Assembly (NCBI GenBank): GCA_964486865.1 | Contig: CAZAOZ010000010.1 | Span: 6,255 to 70,254, forward strand | Length of the DNA: 64,000 nt | Direction of reading: 5' to 3' | Source: an uncultured Bordetella sp. | GTDB lineage: Bacteria > Pseudomonadota > Gammaproteobacteria > Burkholderiales > SG8-41 | Shown here: positions 7,268 to 15,534 of the stretch, in pieces | Layout of the letters: every line of letters starts with the position of its first letter | Position numbering within the stretch: position 1 is the first letter of the stretch | Made by a program: the position numbers and the translations under genes | Notes under the pieces: model-generated | The model's input: only the letters and a program-made list of their open reading frames with translations | Databases searched by the model: none | Told to the model about the DNA's origin: nothing

Positions 7268-10200
7268 TCAACCTGCAGCCTTCGCTTGATTACCGCTATC
7301 GATACGGCCACGATTGATCGAAAATTCTTTCACCAATGCGTAGATCGCAGGGATCACGATCAGGGTAAGAATGGTTGAGGAGACCATGCCCCCGACCATG
7401 GGCGCGGCGATGCGGCGCATCACTTCGGAGCCGGTGCCGCTGCCCCACATGATCGGCAACAGGCCCGCCATGATCGCCACCACGGTCATCATCTTCGGCC
7501 GCACACGCTCGACCGCGCCTTCCATCACCGCTGCATAGAGTTCTGCAACCCCCGGTGTGCCGCCCTTGGCCGCGCATTTTGCCTTGACCTCCTCCCAGGC
7601 CTGGTCGAGATAGATCAGCATCACCACGCCCGTCTCCGCGGCAACACCGGCAAGCGCAATGAAGCCCACGACCACCGCGACGCTGATGTTGTAGTCCAGC
7701 AGCCAGATCAGCCAGACGCCGCCCACCAGCGAAAACGGCACCGACAGCATGACAATGAAGGTTTCGGTGAGCCGCCTGAAATTGAGGTAGAGGAGCAGGA
7801 AGATGGCCAGCAAGGTCAGCGGCACGACTATTTTCAGCTTCTGCTTGGCCCGCTCCATGTACTCGAACTGGCCGCTCCACGTCGCGTAGTATCCGGGCGG
7901 AAATTTCACCTGCTCGCGCACCGCCTTCTGCGCGTCGGCCACGTAACCGCCGATGTCGCGGCCGCGGATATCGACAAAGATGTAAGCCGCCAGCAGCGCG
8001 TTCTCGGTGCGTATGCTGGGCGGCGCCTTGACCGGCTTGACGCTCGCCACCTGTCCCAGCGGGATCATGCCGCCGTTCATGATGGGCACCAGGACCTGGG
8101 TCGCGATGGCCTGCGGATCGCTGCGCAGTTCGCGCGGGTAGCGCACGCTGACGCCATAGCGCTCGAGCCCTTCCACCGTGGTGGTCACCATCTCGCCGCC
8201 GAGGGCGGTGCCGATGACGTCCTGCAGATCGCCCACCGACAGGCCATAGCGCGCCAGGGCCATGCGGTCGGGCTCGATGTCGAGGTAGTACCCGCCCGTA
8301 ACCCGCTCGGCGTAGGCGCTGGTGGTACCCGGCACCGCTTTCACCGCCAACTCGATCTTTTGCGCCAGCTTCTCGATTTCGCCCAGGTCCTTGCCGAACA
8401 CCTTGATGCCGATGGGCGTGCGGATGCCGGTCGCCAGCATGTCGATGCGCGCCTTGATCGGCATGGTCCAGGCATTGGAAACGCCGGGGATCTGCATCGC
8501 CTGGTCCATTTCGGCGATGAGTTTGTCCACGGTCATGCCCGGGCGCCATTCGCTCTCGGGCTTGAGATTGATGACGGTTTCGGACATTTCGAACGGCGCC
8601 GGATCGGTGGCGGTGGCGGCGCGTCCCGCCTTGCCGAACACCGATTCCACCTCGGGGAAACTCTTGAGTATCTTGTCCTGGGTCTGCAACAACTCCGCCG
8701 ATTTGGTGACCGACAGCGCCGGCAGGGTGGCCGGCATGTACAGCAGGCTGCCTTCGTTCAATACCGGCATGAACTCGCTGCCCAGCTTCATCGCCGGCAA
8801 CACCGAAACGGCCAGCGTGATCACGGCCGCGGCGATGGTTAATTTTTTCCAGCGCATGACCCGGACGATGACGGGGCGGTAAATCCAGATCAGGAAGCGG
8901 TTCACCGGGTTTTTCTGCTCGGGCATGATCCTGCCGCGGATGAACAGCAGCATCAGCACCGGCACCAGCGTGATCGACAGCAGTGCTGCGCCCGCCATGG
9001 CGAAAGTCTTGGTATAGGCGAGCGGCGCGAACAGCCGTCCTTCCTGCGCTTCGAGCGTGAATACCGGCAGGAAGGAAACGGTGATGATCAGGAGCGAAAA
9101 GAACAGCGCCGGCCCGACTTCCCTGCAGGCGGCAATGATGGCCTCGACGCGGGACTCGCCTTCCTTGAGCCGCTCCAGGTGCTTGTGGGCGTTCTCGATC
9201 ATGACGATCGCCGCATCCACCATGGCGCCGATGGCGATGGCAATGCCGCCCAGGCTCATGATGTTGGAATTGAGCCCCATCAGGTGCATGGCGGTCAGCG
9301 CGATCAGCACGCCGATCGGCAGCATGACGATGGCCACCAGCGCGCTCCTCGCGTGCATCAGAAACACGATGCAGACCAGCGCCACGATGATGCTTTCCTC
9401 GATCAGCGTCCGCTTCAGATTGTCGATGGCGCGATGGATCAGGTCCGAACGGTCATAGACCGCCTGCAGGGTCACGCCTTCCGGCAGGCCGCTGGAGATT
9501 TCCGCAATCTTGGCTTTCAGGTTGTGGATGACGTCCAGCGCGTTCTGCCCGTAGCGCGCCACGGCGATGCCGGCGACCACCTCGCCCTCGCCGTTCAGTT
9601 CCGCGATCCCGCGCCGCTCGTCCGGCGCCAGTTCGACCCGCGCCACGTCGCGGATCAGCACCGGCGCGCCTTTTTCCGCCTTGATCACCAGATTTTCAAT
9701 GTCGGACACGCCGCGCAGATAGCCCCGGCCCCGCACCACGTATTCGGTTTCGGCCATCTCGATCACCCGGCCACCCACGTCGCGGTTGCTGGCGCGGATC
9801 ACCTCGGCGACCTTGTTGAGCGGGATGCCGTACGCCTGCAATTTCCGCGGCTCCACGGTGACCTGATAGGTTTTGACAAAACCGCCCACGCTCGCCACTT
9901 CCGCCACGCCCTGCGCCTTGGTGAGTTGATAGCGCACGAACCAGTCCTGTATGGTGCGCAGTTCCGCGAGCGTTCTCTGCGCTCCGATCACGACATACTG
10001 GTACACCCAGCCGACGCCGGTGGCATCCGGCCCCAGGGTCGGGGTGACGCCCCGCGGCATGCGCCCGGAGGCAAAGTTAAGGTATTCGAGTACCCGTGTC
10101 CGCGCCCAGTAAATGTCGGTGCCGTCCTCGAAAATGACATAGATGAATGAGGCGCCGAACACCGACAGCCCGCGCACCACTTTGGATTTCGGCACGGCCA

Positions 10201-10420
10201 GCATGGCCGTACTCAGCGGATAGGTGACCTGGTCTTCCACCACCTGCGGCGCCTGGCCCGGGTACTCGGTGTAGATGATGACCTGCACGTCGGAGAGATC
10301 GGGAATGGCGTCGAGCGGCGTTTTCATGACAGCGTAAATGCCCGCGCCGACGATGAACGCCGTTCCCAGCAGCACCAGGAACACGTTGCGCGCCGACCAT
10401 TCGATAATGCGGTTCAGCAT
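7268..10420 (-). CDS. cusA: CusA/CzcA-family heavy-metal efflux RND permease
   Basis: About 1050 aa from ATG 10420 (MLNRIIEWSARNVFLVLLG...), with 12-TM RND architecture. The start lies 1 nt after the cusB stop. The track's longer start at 10492 overlaps cusB. Confidence 0.9.
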   Translation of the reverse strand: MLNRIIEWSARNVFLVLLGTAFIVGAGIYAVMKTPLDAIPDLSDVQVIIYTEYPGQAPQVVEDQVTYPLSTAMLAVPKSKVVRGLSVFGASFIYVIFEDGTDIYWARTRVLEYLNFASGRMPRGVTPTLGPDATGVGWVYQYVVIGAQRTLAELRTIQDWFVRYQLTKAQGVAEVASVGGFVKTYQVTVEPRKLQAYGIPLNKVAEVIRASNRDVGGRVIEMAETEYVVRGRGYLRGVSDIENLVIKAEKGAPVLIRDVARVELAPDERRGIAELNGEGEVVAGIAVARYGQNALDVIHNLKAKIAEISSGLPEGVTLQAVYDRSDLIHRAIDNLKRTLIEESIIVALVCIVFLMHARSALVAIVMLPIGVLIALTAMHLMGLNSNIMSLGGIAIAIGAMVDAAIVMIENAHKHLERLKEGESRVEAIIAACREVGPALFFSLLIITVSFLPVFTLEAQEGRLFAPLAYTKTFAMAGAALLSITLVPVLMLLFIRGRIMPEQKNPVNRFLIWIYRPVIVRVMRWKKLTIAAAVITLAVSVLPAMKLGSEFMPVLNEGSLLYMPATLPALSVTKSAELLQTQDKILKSFPEVESVFGKAGRAATATDPAPFEMSETVINLKPESEWRPGMTVDKLIAEMDQAMQIPGVSNAWTMPIKARIDMLATGIRTPIGIKVFGKDLGEIEKLAQKIELAVKAVPGTTSAYAERVTGGYYLDIEPDRMALARYGLSVGDLQDVIGTALGGEMVTTTVEGLERYGVSVRYPRELRSDPQAIATQVLVPIMNGGMIPLGQVASVKPVKAPPSIRTENALLAAYIFVDIRGRDIGGYVADAQKAVREQVKFPPGYYATWSGQFEYMERAKQKLKIVVPLTLLAIFLLLYLNFRRLTETFIVMLSVPFSLVGGVWLIWLLDYNISVAVVVGFIALAGVAAETGVVMLIYLDQAWEEVKAKCAAKGGTPGVAELYAAVMEGAVERVRPKMMTVVAIMAGLLPIMWGSGTGSEVMRRIAAPMVGGMVSSTILTLIVIPAIYALVKEFSINRGRIDSGNQAKAAG

Positions 10421-10421
10421 G

Positions 10422-12068
10422 TCAGTGCCCCTTGTGGTCGGCAGGGCTGGCCGCAGCGGCAGGCTTCGCTCCGGCCGGTTGGGCGCCAACAATCACGTAC
10501 TCGCCGGCCGACGCCTCGATCATGTCGAAGGTGATGTTCTGACCCGGTTTCAGCGTGCGCAGCAATGCCGGGTCTTTCACCAGGAAGTCCATGGTCATCG
10601 CCGGCCACTTCAGGCTGGCAATCGGGCCATGGGTCAACGTTACCGTCGCGCGCGCCGCATCCACGGCATCGACACTGCCCTCGCCGCGATGAGTCGCGGG
10701 TGCCGCGGCAGACACGCCGGTCTTGACCTGCTGCCCCCGCTCGTCAGGCTTGGAACCGGGTGCGCTATGGCCGAAACCGCTCAGCGCCGCCTTGAGATTG
10801 CTCTCGGCGTCGATCAGGAAATTCGCACTGACCACCACGCTCTCGCCGGCCTTGATGCCCTCGAGCACTTCGAAGTAGCCGTCGGTGCGCCTTCCCAGTT
10901 TCACCGCGCGCGGTTCGAATGCGCCCTCGCCGCGTTGCACCAGCACCAGCTGGCGCGTGCCGGTATCGAGAATGGCCGAATCGGGAACGGCCAATACCCT
11001 GCCGCGGTCTCTGCCGGAGGCGATCTCCACCCGCGCGTACATGGCGGGCTTGAGCAGGCCGGCCGGATTGGGCAGTTCGATGCGCACTCTGGCAGTGCGG
11101 GTTTCCGGCACGACGGTCGGGTAGATAAACGTCACCTTGCCGGTGAAAGCCTGGTCCGGATACGCATCAACCCTGATTTTTACCGACTGCCCCAGGCGCA
11201 CCAATCCAAGGTCCTGCTCGAACACGTCCGCCAGCAACCACACCGAAGACAGGTCCGCGATCTGAAAGAGCATTTCACCCGGCATGAACCGCATGCCGGC
11301 GACGGCACGCTTCTCCAGCACCACGCCGCCGGCCTGCGCGCGCAACGTCAACGATTGCCGTGCCTTGCCCTCCTGCTGCAGCCGCTGCAACTCCGCCTCG
11401 GAAATGTCCCAGTTGCGCAACCGCTGCAGCGCGCTGTCAACGAGCGTGCGCATGCCCGCCTCGACCTCGGGACTCGCGCCTTTCACGGACTGCACGCCTT
11501 TCCATGCGATCAGGTATTCCTGCTGCGCAGTCACCAGATCGGGGCTGTAAACCTCAAGCAGCGGCTCGCCCCGGCGCACCAGCTGGCCGGTCGTATTCAC
11601 GTGGAGCTGCTGGATCCAGCCCTCGAACCTCGGCGAAACGGTATGCAGCTGGCGTTCGTTCGCCTGTATCGTCGCCACGGCCTGCACGGTGCGGGTGAGT
11701 TCGCGCAATTCCACGGCTTCAGTGCGCACGCCAAGCTTCTGCACCTTGTCGGGATTGATCTTCACCACGGAACCATCCGCCTCGGGCTCCCCGCCTTCAT
11801 AGACCGGGATGTAATCCATGCCCATCGGATCTTTTTTCGGCACCGGCGAGGTATCGGGCAACCCCATCGGGTTGCGGTAGTACAGAATCCTGTTCTCGGA
11901 CTTTTTCGCGGGACCCGCACTGCTTGCGCCGGCAGTGTCCGCTTTCATCACGGCGCCGTCCTTCCGTCCTCCCCACCAATAGCCTGCGGCAAGGGCGGCT
12001 GCGATCAGGGCGACAACAATAATCAGTTTGATGATGGATTTCACAGGAAACTCCGCTGACGTATGCAT
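10422..12068 (-). CDS. cusB: CusB-type RND periplasmic adaptor with C-terminal CusF-like metallochaperone domain
   Basis: 548 aa. N-terminal metal-binding segment YYRNPMGLPDTSPVPKKDPMGMDYIPVY, then the MFP barrel/hairpin body. The C-terminal 80 aa, GEGSVDAVDAARATVTLTHGPIASLKWPAMTMDFLV, match the CusF W-x-M-x-M fold signature. Confidence 0.85.
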   Translation of the reverse strand: MHTSAEFPVKSIIKLIIVVALIAAALAAGYWWGGRKDGAVMKADTAGASSAGPAKKSENRILYYRNPMGLPDTSPVPKKDPMGMDYIPVYEGGEPEADGSVVKINPDKVQKLGVRTEAVELRELTRTVQAVATIQANERQLHTVSPRFEGWIQQLHVNTTGQLVRRGEPLLEVYSPDLVTAQQEYLIAWKGVQSVKGASPEVEAGMRTLVDSALQRLRNWDISEAELQRLQQEGKARQSLTLRAQAGGVVLEKRAVAGMRFMPGEMLFQIADLSSVWLLADVFEQDLGLVRLGQSVKIRVDAYPDQAFTGKVTFIYPTVVPETRTARVRIELPNPAGLLKPAMYARVEIASGRDRGRVLAVPDSAILDTGTRQLVLVQRGEGAFEPRAVKLGRRTDGYFEVLEGIKAGESVVVSANFLIDAESNLKAALSGFGHSAPGSKPDERGQQVKTGVSAAAPATHRGEGSVDAVDAARATVTLTHGPIASLKWPAMTMDFLVKDPALLRTLKPGQNITFDMIEASAGEYVIVGAQPAGAKPAAAASPADHKGH

Positions 12069-12073
12069 TCAGG

Positions 12074-13441
12074 TTATTCGGATGATTTGCCGGCGAGCAG
12101 ATGGATTTCCGCGAGCGCCTTGTTGTAGTTGGCCACCGCGGTCGCCAGGCTGATTTCGTAGTTGAACACCGTCATCTGGCTGTCGAGCAGCGTCATGAAA
12201 TCGACCCGATTGACCCGGTATGCGGCCAGAGCCGATTCAACCGTAAGCCGGGCCTGCGGCAGGATGGCGGTCTGGTACAGCCGCGCCGATTTCAGATTCT
12301 GCTCGGCCGCCGCCGCCTGCTGGCGCAGTTTGGCATCCACCTCATTGCGCTGCGCCTGCTGCAGGCTCAGGGCCTGATCGCGCAGCGCCAGCGACTCCGC
12401 CACGCGCGGTTCAAGTTTGGTGCCGCGCCACACCGGCAGGTTGAAGGCCACGGTCAGGCTCACCATGTCGGAGCGCCTCGCGCCGTCCGGCATCCGGTCG
12501 CGCTGGCCGTACGACAGGCGCACATCGAAGTCGGGGTAGTATTCCTTGCGCGCCAGATCCAGCGCTTTTTCATTGCGCGAAACCATGCTTTGCAGTGCGA
12601 GCAGTTGCGGGCGCTGCGTCAGGGCGGTTTCACGCAATGATTCCAGGTTCAGGGTTACCTCGCGCAATTGCGGCGGCTCGGGCAATAGCGCCGCAACATT
12701 GGCGCCGCGGCCAAGCATGCGGTTGAGTTCCGCTTCGATCGTCGGCCGTTCGCGCGCGAGCTTGAGCAGTTCGTCCACCATTCTGGACAACTGCGTCTGC
12801 GCCTTGAGCACGTCGGCCTGGGTTCCCTGCCCCACCCCGTAGCGCGCCTCGGCGATACGCAGAAACTGCTCGAGGGTCAGCCTGTTTTTTTCGACCAGTT
12901 TGGCCATTTCGATCGTGAGGCCCAGATCAAAATAGGCGGTCTTGATGTCGCGCGCGACACGATTCACGGTTTCCTGGTAACCATAGCCGACCGTCTCCGC
13001 ATCCCTGGTCGCGACGTCCTGGCGCAGACCGCGTTTGCCCGGATAGGGCAGGCGCTGTGACAGACCGATCATTTTCATGGTCATGTCTTCGCGGTCAAAC
13101 CGTAGCGAATTGACCGGCACGTTGATGAACCCGGTCTCCAGCATCGGATCGTCGAGCGCGCCCGCCGGTGCAATTCTGTATTGCGCCGCCTCCTTTTCCC
13201 TGCGGGCCGCCTGAATTTCGGGATTGTTCTGCAGCGCTTCGACCACCACATCCTTCAGCGCAGCGACGCTGTAAATGGCCGGTCGCAACGGCTCGGCGGC
13301 CAGCGCCGGCAGCAGCAACCCGGCAGCCACGGAACAAAACACGGCTTGCAGATAACGCCTGCGGGACACCGGCGACCCGCAGAGTTGACGCCACTCTGGG
13401 AATACCCGGAATTCAAATAACGACATGACACACCTCCGCAA
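12074..13441 (-). CDS. cusC: TolC/CusC-family outer-membrane efflux protein
   Basis: 455-aa ORF with signal sequence and two OEP repeats. It sits directly upstream of cusB (5-nt gap). Confidence 0.8.
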   Translation of the reverse strand: MRRCVMSLFEFRVFPEWRQLCGSPVSRRRYLQAVFCSVAAGLLLPALAAEPLRPAIYSVAALKDVVVEALQNNPEIQAARREKEAAQYRIAPAGALDDPMLETGFINVPVNSLRFDREDMTMKMIGLSQRLPYPGKRGLRQDVATRDAETVGYGYQETVNRVARDIKTAYFDLGLTIEMAKLVEKNRLTLEQFLRIAEARYGVGQGTQADVLKAQTQLSRMVDELLKLARERPTIEAELNRMLGRGANVAALLPEPPQLREVTLNLESLRETALTQRPQLLALQSMVSRNEKALDLARKEYYPDFDVRLSYGQRDRMPDGARRSDMVSLTVAFNLPVWRGTKLEPRVAESLALRDQALSLQQAQRNEVDAKLRQQAAAAEQNLKSARLYQTAILPQARLTVESALAAYRVNRVDFMTLLDSQMTVFNYEISLATAVANYNKALAEIHLLAGKSSE

Positions 13442-13491
13442 AGAAAAACGAACGGCCGCGACTGCGGCGCGCTACTGCATGCGGAGGAGGA

Positions 13492-13914
13492 TCAAATCAG
13501 AAAACTGCAGAAGCGGATAGTTTTGGGAGGATCCTTTACCGGATCAACCAGACTGCGCATCGCCACTGCGACGAGTGCGTTATCCGGCAACGATGGCAGG
13601 ATCAGGATGGTACCAGTCGGCGGCAGCGGAACTGCCCAAGGGGCATAGGCAGTCGACTTGTCGCTGTCCGCACATTTTATTGCACACAGTTTGCTCGCAC
13701 TCGTGGCGTGTGTCTCGCAATCATCGCCCATCTGTCCCGGCATCTCGCTGGCCGGAGACATCCCAAGCATGCCGCAGGGTTGAGCCGCAAAAGCAGTCTG
13801 CGCCAACAGCAGCGTGACGACAACCGCACGGCTGAACGCAAAAAACCAGCGGGTTGAATTTCTGATCACCCTATCGACCCCTATATGAACGCGGTAGTGG
13901 GAATGGCACAGCAT
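13492..13914 (-). CDS. small exported Cys/Met-rich protein, first gene of the cus operon (start uncertain: ATG 13914 or GTG 13869)
   Basis: Signal-like RNSTRWFFAFSRAVVVTLLLAQTAFAA, then CGMLGMSPASEMPGQMGDDCETH...CAIKC. The proline-rich C-terminal tail ends PPKTIRFCSFLI. The track's longer N-terminus would run across an FNR box. Confidence 0.5.
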   Translation of the reverse strand: MLCHSHYRVHIGVDRVIRNSTRWFFAFSRAVVVTLLLAQTAFAAQPCGMLGMSPASEMPGQMGDDCETHATSASKLCAIKCADSDKSTAYAPWAVPLPPTGTILILPSLPDNALVAVAMRSLVDPVKDPPKTIRFCSFLI

Positions 13915-13972
13915 ACTGATCTGAAAGGCTTCATCCTGAGTTCGGATTGTTGCAAGAATCGTGTTTTCTTGC

Positions 13973-13986
13973 TTGATGTACATCAA
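13973..13986. promoter_or_regulatory. perfect FNR/CRP-family box TTGATGTACATCAA
   Basis: Exact palindrome TTGAT-N4-ATCAA in the AT-rich divergent region between the cus operon and the molybdoenzyme operon. Confidence 0.6.
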
Positions 13987-14313
13987 ATCTTTCAAAACAA
14001 CCTCGCCTGCTGCAACAGCTCATACCGTAGAATAAAAAATAATAATACCAATAAAAACATATAGTTAATATCAAAGCGGGGCTGGCACATGTCCAGCCGC
14101 TGGCGCCATACCGGACGTTGCCCAGCCGGCACCACGCCGTCCAGCCGATCGTCACCGGCAGGGCAATCAAGAATGTCATGACGCAGCAACGGTCAACAGC
14201 AAATCAAATGACCGATGAGCAGTTGACCCAAGTCAAGATCAGTCATCGCTGTACTCATATCATTATTTCCAATTGATGCAAGAGTACGCGCAGGCAACAA
14301 GGAGACTTGAACT

Positions 14314-15513
14314 GTGGGCTCCGCACCGCAAGGTGCCGCACATGGCACGACGATGGGTTGGCATGAAGTTGCCAGCCCGTCATTGTTGTGGCGCAGTGCC
14401 GATTGCCTGCCCCTGTCAGCACAAGGATGCCAACTCTGCGCCGAGGCTTGCCCCGCAGGCGCCTTGACGATCAGCGCGGGGGTTCCTGCAGCCTCGTCCC
14501 AATGCACAGGCTGCGCCCGTTGCACGGCAGCATGCCCTACCGATGCGCTGCAGATGAAGGATTTCCCGGCGCCTGTCGCACCCACCGCAACAGGCAGCGC
14601 GGTCTTCATTGACTGCATGAAAGTTCCACAGGCGATGAGCCCCGCCGGCACTGTTCGGGTGCCGTGCATGGGCGGCCTCTCGCCGGGATGGCTGCTCACC
14701 CTGCAGGATCGCATCGGCAACGCTCCAATCACCGCGCTTGATCGTGGCTGGTGCGCGCATTGCAGCGCCGGCGACTCATCGTCATTCAGCGCCACCAGTC
14801 TGCTTGCCAGTGCGACACGACTGCTGAAGGACGCGGGCGCGCCAGCGGACATGCTGCCGCGGAGCGAGCATCGGCCGCTGCCATTGTCACGGATGCCCGA
14901 TGCGATCCCGCCTTCGATCAATGAAGCAGCCGTTTCACGTCGCGCCTTCTTTACCCGGACCCTTTCTGAAATGGCGAGTGCCGTCGCCAACCGCCGTCAA
15001 CCGGAAGGAATCAGGCATTTTCCCCGTCTGTCTCCGCTCCGCACCCTGGGCCGTGTCGTGCCTGCCGAGCAGGTTCGACGCGTAACAGCGCTCTCGAACA
15101 TCAGCCATCGCTATCGCACTTCGCCAGCGACATTCAATCTGCCCGCAGTGGCGATTTCGCGGGAACGGTGCGAGAACCACCAGGTATGCGCCGTGACGTG
15201 TCCTACCAGTGCGCTCACAAAATACGGACACGAAGGCACCACAGGTATCCGCTTCAATGCGTTGTTGTGCATCGGATGTCGCCAATGCGAGCGTGGATGC
15301 CCCGAACAGGCAATCCGGCTGTCGCTGTTTAACGAGACCCCATCACACGCCATGGAAATAAACCTGACCAATCATCAAGTCAATGTGTGCGCGACTTGCG
15401 AGGATGAGTTTTCAGGCATCCCCGGCGACGTATGCACTGCTTGCCGCAAGACCGAAGCGCTATTCGCAGGACGCGCGACATTGGACAAATCGATAGGCAA
15501 ACCAGCAGCTTGA
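14314..15513 (+). CDS. multi-cluster 4Fe-4S ferredoxin-domain protein (ArxB'-like first gene of the molybdoenzyme operon)
   Basis: 399 aa from GTG 14314, preceded by AAGGAGA. CxxCxxCxxxCP-type motifs: CQLCAEACP, CTGCARCTAACP, CENHQVCAVTCP, CIGCRQCERGCP. C-terminal CATC...CTAC pair. Confidence 0.7.
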   Translation: MGSAPQGAAHGTTMGWHEVASPSLLWRSADCLPLSAQGCQLCAEACPAGALTISAGVPAASSQCTGCARCTAACPTDALQMKDFPAPVAPTATGSAVFIDCMKVPQAMSPAGTVRVPCMGGLSPGWLLTLQDRIGNAPITALDRGWCAHCSAGDSSSFSATSLLASATRLLKDAGAPADMLPRSEHRPLPLSRMPDAIPPSINEAAVSRRAFFTRTLSEMASAVANRRQPEGIRHFPRLSPLRTLGRVVPAEQVRRVTALSNISHRYRTSPATFNLPAVAISRERCENHQVCAVTCPTSALTKYGHEGTTGIRFNALLCIGCRQCERGCPEQAIRLSLFNETPSHAMEINLTNHQVNVCATCEDEFSGIPGDVCTACRKTEALFAGRATLDKSIGKPAA

Positions 15514-15534
15514 ACTGCACAGGAGGTACTGATC

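Noticed and set aside
10421-10492. Longer N-terminus for cusA. Analogous track extensions exist for 29951..30196, 34153..34215, 37141..37266, 39580..39696, 59377..59577 and 63276..63416.
   Set aside because: The extensions overlap upstream genes or lack coding character. Internal ATGs coincide with the conserved family N-termini, signal peptides or ATGA/1-nt coupling to the preceding stop.
14193-14990. 265-aa ORF on the minus strand across the start of the arxB'-like gene.
   Set aside because: It is antisense to a ferredoxin gene with clear Cys motifs and a Shine-Dalgarno, and its translation is Ala/Arg/Ser-rich. Only its last 21 codons (mini-ORF 14258..14193) lie outside that gene; these are discussed separately as a low-confidence observation.
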